Shown here piece after piece: positions 63,686 through 64,000 of a stretch of 64,000 nt of DNA (the first letter of the stretch is position 1; every line of letters starts with the position of its first letter). A program made the translations under genes and the position numbers. Below the pieces are notes generated by a model, which was given only the letters and a program-made list of their open reading frames with translations, was not told where the DNA came from and made no database searches. The stretch covers positions 871 through 64,870 of the forward strand of contig JAAYJI010000005.1 of NCBI GenBank assembly GCA_012523015.1. Reading direction: 5' to 3'. The stretch is from Candidatus Hydrogenedentota bacterium. Its GTDB lineage: Bacteria > Hydrogenedentota > Hydrogenedentia > Hydrogenedentales > CAITNO01.

Positions 63686-64000
63686 TTATCATTGGGTTGA
63701 CAGGTGGCATCGGCAGCGGTAAATCTTCCGTGGCACGCTACTTGGAAGAAGAAGGATTTCCGATCATTGATGCAGACCGGGTAGGTCATGAACTGTTGGA
63801 TAGTCCGTCGATCCAAGACGCGATTGTGGCGCTTTTTGGCAATGAAGTTCTTGAAGAGGGAACCATATCCCGTGAAAAATTAGGGATGCGGGTCTTTGCC
63901 GACACGAGTCTGAGAAATCAATTGAACGCCTTGCTGCATCCGCTCATCAAGGAAGAAATTGCCCGATGGTGCGCGCAACAATACGAACAAGGAAACACAA
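63682..64000 (+). CDS. coaE: Dephospho-CoA kinase (3' end lies outside the window).
   Basis: [39 protein letters not shown] has the P-loop and the CoaE DAD motif; the ATG overlaps the upstream stop as ATGA. Confidence 0.85.
   Translation, partial: MIIIGLTGGIGSGKSSVARYLEEEGFPIIDADRVGHELLDSPSIQDAIVALFGNEVLEEGTISREKLGMRVFADTSLRNQLNALLHPLIKEEIARWCAQQYEQGNT

Overview
This is a 64 kb, roughly 55% GC bacterial chromosomal window, densely coding on both strands, with no rRNA/tRNA genes, CRISPR arrays, transposases or integrases that I could support from sequence. Content splits into two classes. (1) Housekeeping genes: MgtE (5' partial), cysE, dinB, hisI, rpmG, pntAA-pntAB-pntB, uvrC, tolB, nadC-birA-coaX, lptC-lptA-lptB, tpx and coaE (3' partial). 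(2) Many secreted or lipoprotein carbohydrate-active and cell-surface proteins. These include a GH2 beta-galactosidase, a BNR sialidase, a heparinase II/III-like lyase, a purple-acid-phosphatase-like metallophosphatase, a glycosidase-like/metallo-beta-lactamase fusion, a GH116-like protein, a right-handed beta-helix protein, two TAT-signal Gfo/Idh/MocA oxidoreductases, and FG-GAP and PKD repeat proteins. The most striking content is three giant paralogous proteins (1432, about 1272 and about 1601 aa) built from a polytopic GT-C-like membrane domain plus a very long TPR array, an architecture like eukaryotic TMTC O-mannosyltransferases. Two of them sit in tandem, and one of those carries an additional C-terminal SGNH/GDSL hydrolase domain. 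The third lies directly downstream of a BshA-like GT4 glycosyltransferase. I interpret this as a candidate, essentially uncharacterised bacterial protein or surface glycosylation (and possibly O-acylation) system. Other points of interest are a PKD-domain surface protein with a near-perfect 24-bp x about 14 acidic tandem repeat, a small histone-H1-like KAKP-tailed protein upstream of cysE, and an AT-rich 657-bp divergent intergenic island. The gene content (TAT-exported Gfo/Idh/MocA enzymes, giant TPR proteins, sialidase and heparinase) suggests a glycan-foraging bacterium of a Planctomycetes/Verrucomicrobia/Lentisphaerae-like lineage, but that is inference only. All functional calls rest on my recognition of motifs in the translated ORFs; no database search was run.
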